A stretch of 64,000 bases of DNA from an uncultured Thermomicrobiales bacterium (GTDB lineage: Bacteria; Chloroflexota; Chloroflexia; Thermomicrobiales; UBA6265), in contig CADCWG010000163.1 of assembly GCA_902806335.1 (NCBI GenBank), positions 2,110 to 66,109 of the forward strand. The letters run 5' to 3'. Under the pieces are notes generated by a model, which was given only the letters and a program-made list of their open reading frames with translations, did not search any database and was not told the DNA's origin. This document shows, piece after piece, positions 62,307-64,000 of this stretch. Position numbers and translations under genes: made by a program. Each line of letters begins with the position of its first letter. Within the stretch, counting starts at the first letter, position 1.

Positions 62307-63259
62307 CGCTTGGTATCTCCTTCCCGCATGCCGTCCGATGCTGGGGACGTGCCGTCCGTGACCGGGGACGTGCCGTCCGTGACCGGGGAGCCGGTCGCCC
62401 GGGTCGTCGCCATCGCCGGGGCCAACGCTGCGCCGTCGGGTGCCGGCCGGACCGCGCGCCACCCCGCCGCCGCACGGGCGGACCAGCGGCCGTCCTGTCG
62501 GGTGACCCGCACCGGCAGCTCGAAGCACGCCGAGATCGGCCCATCGGCGAGGGTCTCGGTCGCCGGGCCCATGGCGACCACGGCACCGTCGCGCAGCAGC
62601 AGCGCGTGGGTCGTGGCCGACGAGAGGTCTTCGAGGTGGTGGGCGACGGTCACGGTCGCGAGGTCCGGGCGGGCTGCGGCGAGCTCGGCCAGCGCGCCGA
62701 GGAGGGCTTCCCGGGCCGGGAGGTCGAGGCCAGTGGCCGGCTCGTCGAGCAGCAGCAGCGCCGGCGCGGGCATCAGCGCCCGCGCGATCCGCACCCGCTG
62801 CCGCTCGCCCTGGGAGCAGGTCCCCACCTCCCGCCCGGCGAGGTGGGCGCAGCCGAGCAGCGCGAGCAACTCGCGGGCGCGGGCCCGCTCGGCCACGCCG
62901 TAGCGGTCCCACAGCGGCTGGACGGTTCCGGTCGCCCCGGTCAGCACCGCCCCCTCGACCGAGAGCCAGGCGGGCACCGTCGACGCCGCGTCGACCGTCC
63001 CGATCTCTTCCCGCAGCGCCCAGAGGTTGGTCCGCCCGAGCCGGCGCCCGAGCACGCTCACCGCCCCGGCGCTGGGGTGGCGGGTGGCCGCCGCCAGCGA
63101 GAGCAGCGTGCTCTTGCCGGCGCCGTTGGGGCCGATCACCGCCCAGTGCTCGCCGCGCCGCGCCGCCCAGGAGACGCCCGGGGCGCGCAGGAGCTGCGCT
63201 CCCTGGGCGGTCCAGACCCGGGCCTCCCGCAGGTCCAGCACCGGCTCGTCGACCCCCAC
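62303..63259 (-). CDS. ABC transporter ATP-binding protein (ModF-like single ATPase) with repeat-containing tail
   Basis: GTG after GGAGGAGAGGAGGG. Walker A GPNGAGKST, signature CSQGERQR, Walker B LLLDEPATGLD. The tail reads GSPVTDGTSPVTDGTSPASDG. Confidence 0.8.
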   Translation of the reverse strand: MGVDEPVLDLREARVWTAQGAQLLRAPGVSWAARRGEHWAVIGPNGAGKSTLLSLAAATRHPSAGAVSVLGRRLGRTNLWALREEIGTVDAASTVPAWLSVEGAVLTGATGTVQPLWDRYGVAERARARELLALLGCAHLAGREVGTCSQGERQRVRIARALMPAPALLLLDEPATGLDLPAREALLGALAELAAARPDLATVTVAHHLEDLSSATTHALLLRDGAVVAMGPATETLADGPISACFELPVRVTRQDGRWSARAAAGWRAVRPAPDGAALAPAMATTRATGSPVTDGTSPVTDGTSPASDGMREGDTKR

Positions 63260-63545
63260 CTACCCTCCTCTCCTCCGATCCCCGGCCGCGGCGCGTCCCC
63301 TACGGCCCCCACCGATGATCGGCGATCCGGCGGCGGGGCGCCTGGTGGCGACCGCCGACGATAGACCGGCGTCGGGTACCCGTCAACGGCCGCCGACGCC
63401 GGACGTGGCTGGGCTAGACTGCGTCCCCGCCGGCTGGACGGGAGCCGTCGGGAGGGCCGTGCTGGGCGTGGCGGGCACCTCGCCACCGCGTGCCGCCCGT
63501 CGCGACCGCGCGCCGCCCGTCGCGTCGGCGGAGTGCCAGGGGACC

Positions 63546-64000
63546 ATGAACCGCATCGACCGCCTGTTCGCGCTCGCGACGGTCCTGCAGGCCCGCGGCC
63601 TCGTCCGCGCCGAGGACCTCGCCGCCCACTTCGAGGTGAGCCGGCGGACCATCTATCGGGACGTGGCGGCGCTCAGCGAGGTGGGGGTGCCGGTCGTCGC
63701 CCACCCGGGACAGGGGTACAGCCTCGCCGACGGGTTCTTCCTGCCCCCGGTCGTCTTCACCCGGGCCGAGGCGACCGCGCTGGCGCTTGGCGGGCGGCTC
63801 CTCGCCAGCCGGGCCGACGGGTTGCTCGTGGCGGCCACCGAGACCGCCGCCGCCAAGATCGCCGCCCTGCTCCCTCCCGACGCGCGGGCCGAGGTCGCCC
63901 GGCTGACCGACGCGGTTCGGTTCCCAGCGCCCCCGGCGGGCGAGGCCCGGATCGACCTCGAGGAGCCGCGCCTGGCGCGGTTGCGGCGGGCGATCGTCGA
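63546..64000 (+). CDS. YafY-family (HTH-WYL) transcriptional regulator, 3' end outside the window
   Basis: MNRIDRLFALATVLQARGLVRAEDLAAHFEVSRRTIYRDVAALSEVGVPVVA. The frame is open to the window edge. Confidence 0.8.
   Translation, partial: MNRIDRLFALATVLQARGLVRAEDLAAHFEVSRRTIYRDVAALSEVGVPVVAHPGQGYSLADGFFLPPVVFTRAEATALALGGRLLASRADGLLVAATETAAAKIAALLPPDARAEVARLTDAVRFPAPPAGEARIDLEEPRLARLRRAIV

Overview
This is a very GC-rich segment of about 70% GC. It looks like a monoderm-type genome: it has an LPXTG-type sorting signal, F420-type enzymes, and separate accD and accA genes. All family calls come from motifs I recognise in the ORF translations; I ran no database search. Manually derived coordinates may be off by 1 nt.

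Layout:
- 1-28.9 kb: a mosaic metal-resistance island. It holds three P1B-ATPase subtypes: an SPC/HEGST P1B-4 pump, a CPH His-rich CopB with CopZ, and a CPC CopA with CsoR. It also holds a DUF305-Spy fusion, an AhpD/CMD gene pair, a sortase-anchored Ca-binding repeat protein, two STAND-LuxR regulators and an IS fragment.
- 28.9-44.6 kb: housekeeping and catabolic genes. These are an AKR, accD-accA, a racemase, an MBL-fold hydrolase, SDRs, and an enolase-superfamily dehydratase with a sugar ABC transporter and a GntR regulator.
- 44.9-50.5 kb: two ars-type modules.
- 50.6-64 kb: MFS pumps, a flavin/F420 detoxification cluster, a SufR-like regulator, an ABC ATPase and a partial YafY regulator.

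Most noteworthy observations:
1. A ~155-bp MITE-like repeat family occurs in at least 10 copies, at module borders.
2. A DnaA-box cluster with an AT-rich tract lies in a 1.1-kb gap, with no dnaA nearby.
3. CopA carries an extra TM segment and a ~300-aa tail of two HxH modules.
4. An ArsR / flavoprotein / unannotated 41-aa six-Cys peptide module is linked by vicinal CC motifs.
5. Two promoters are built identically around paired CsoR boxes.

The many long R/G/P-rich ORFs in the track are off-frame or antisense shadows of real genes.
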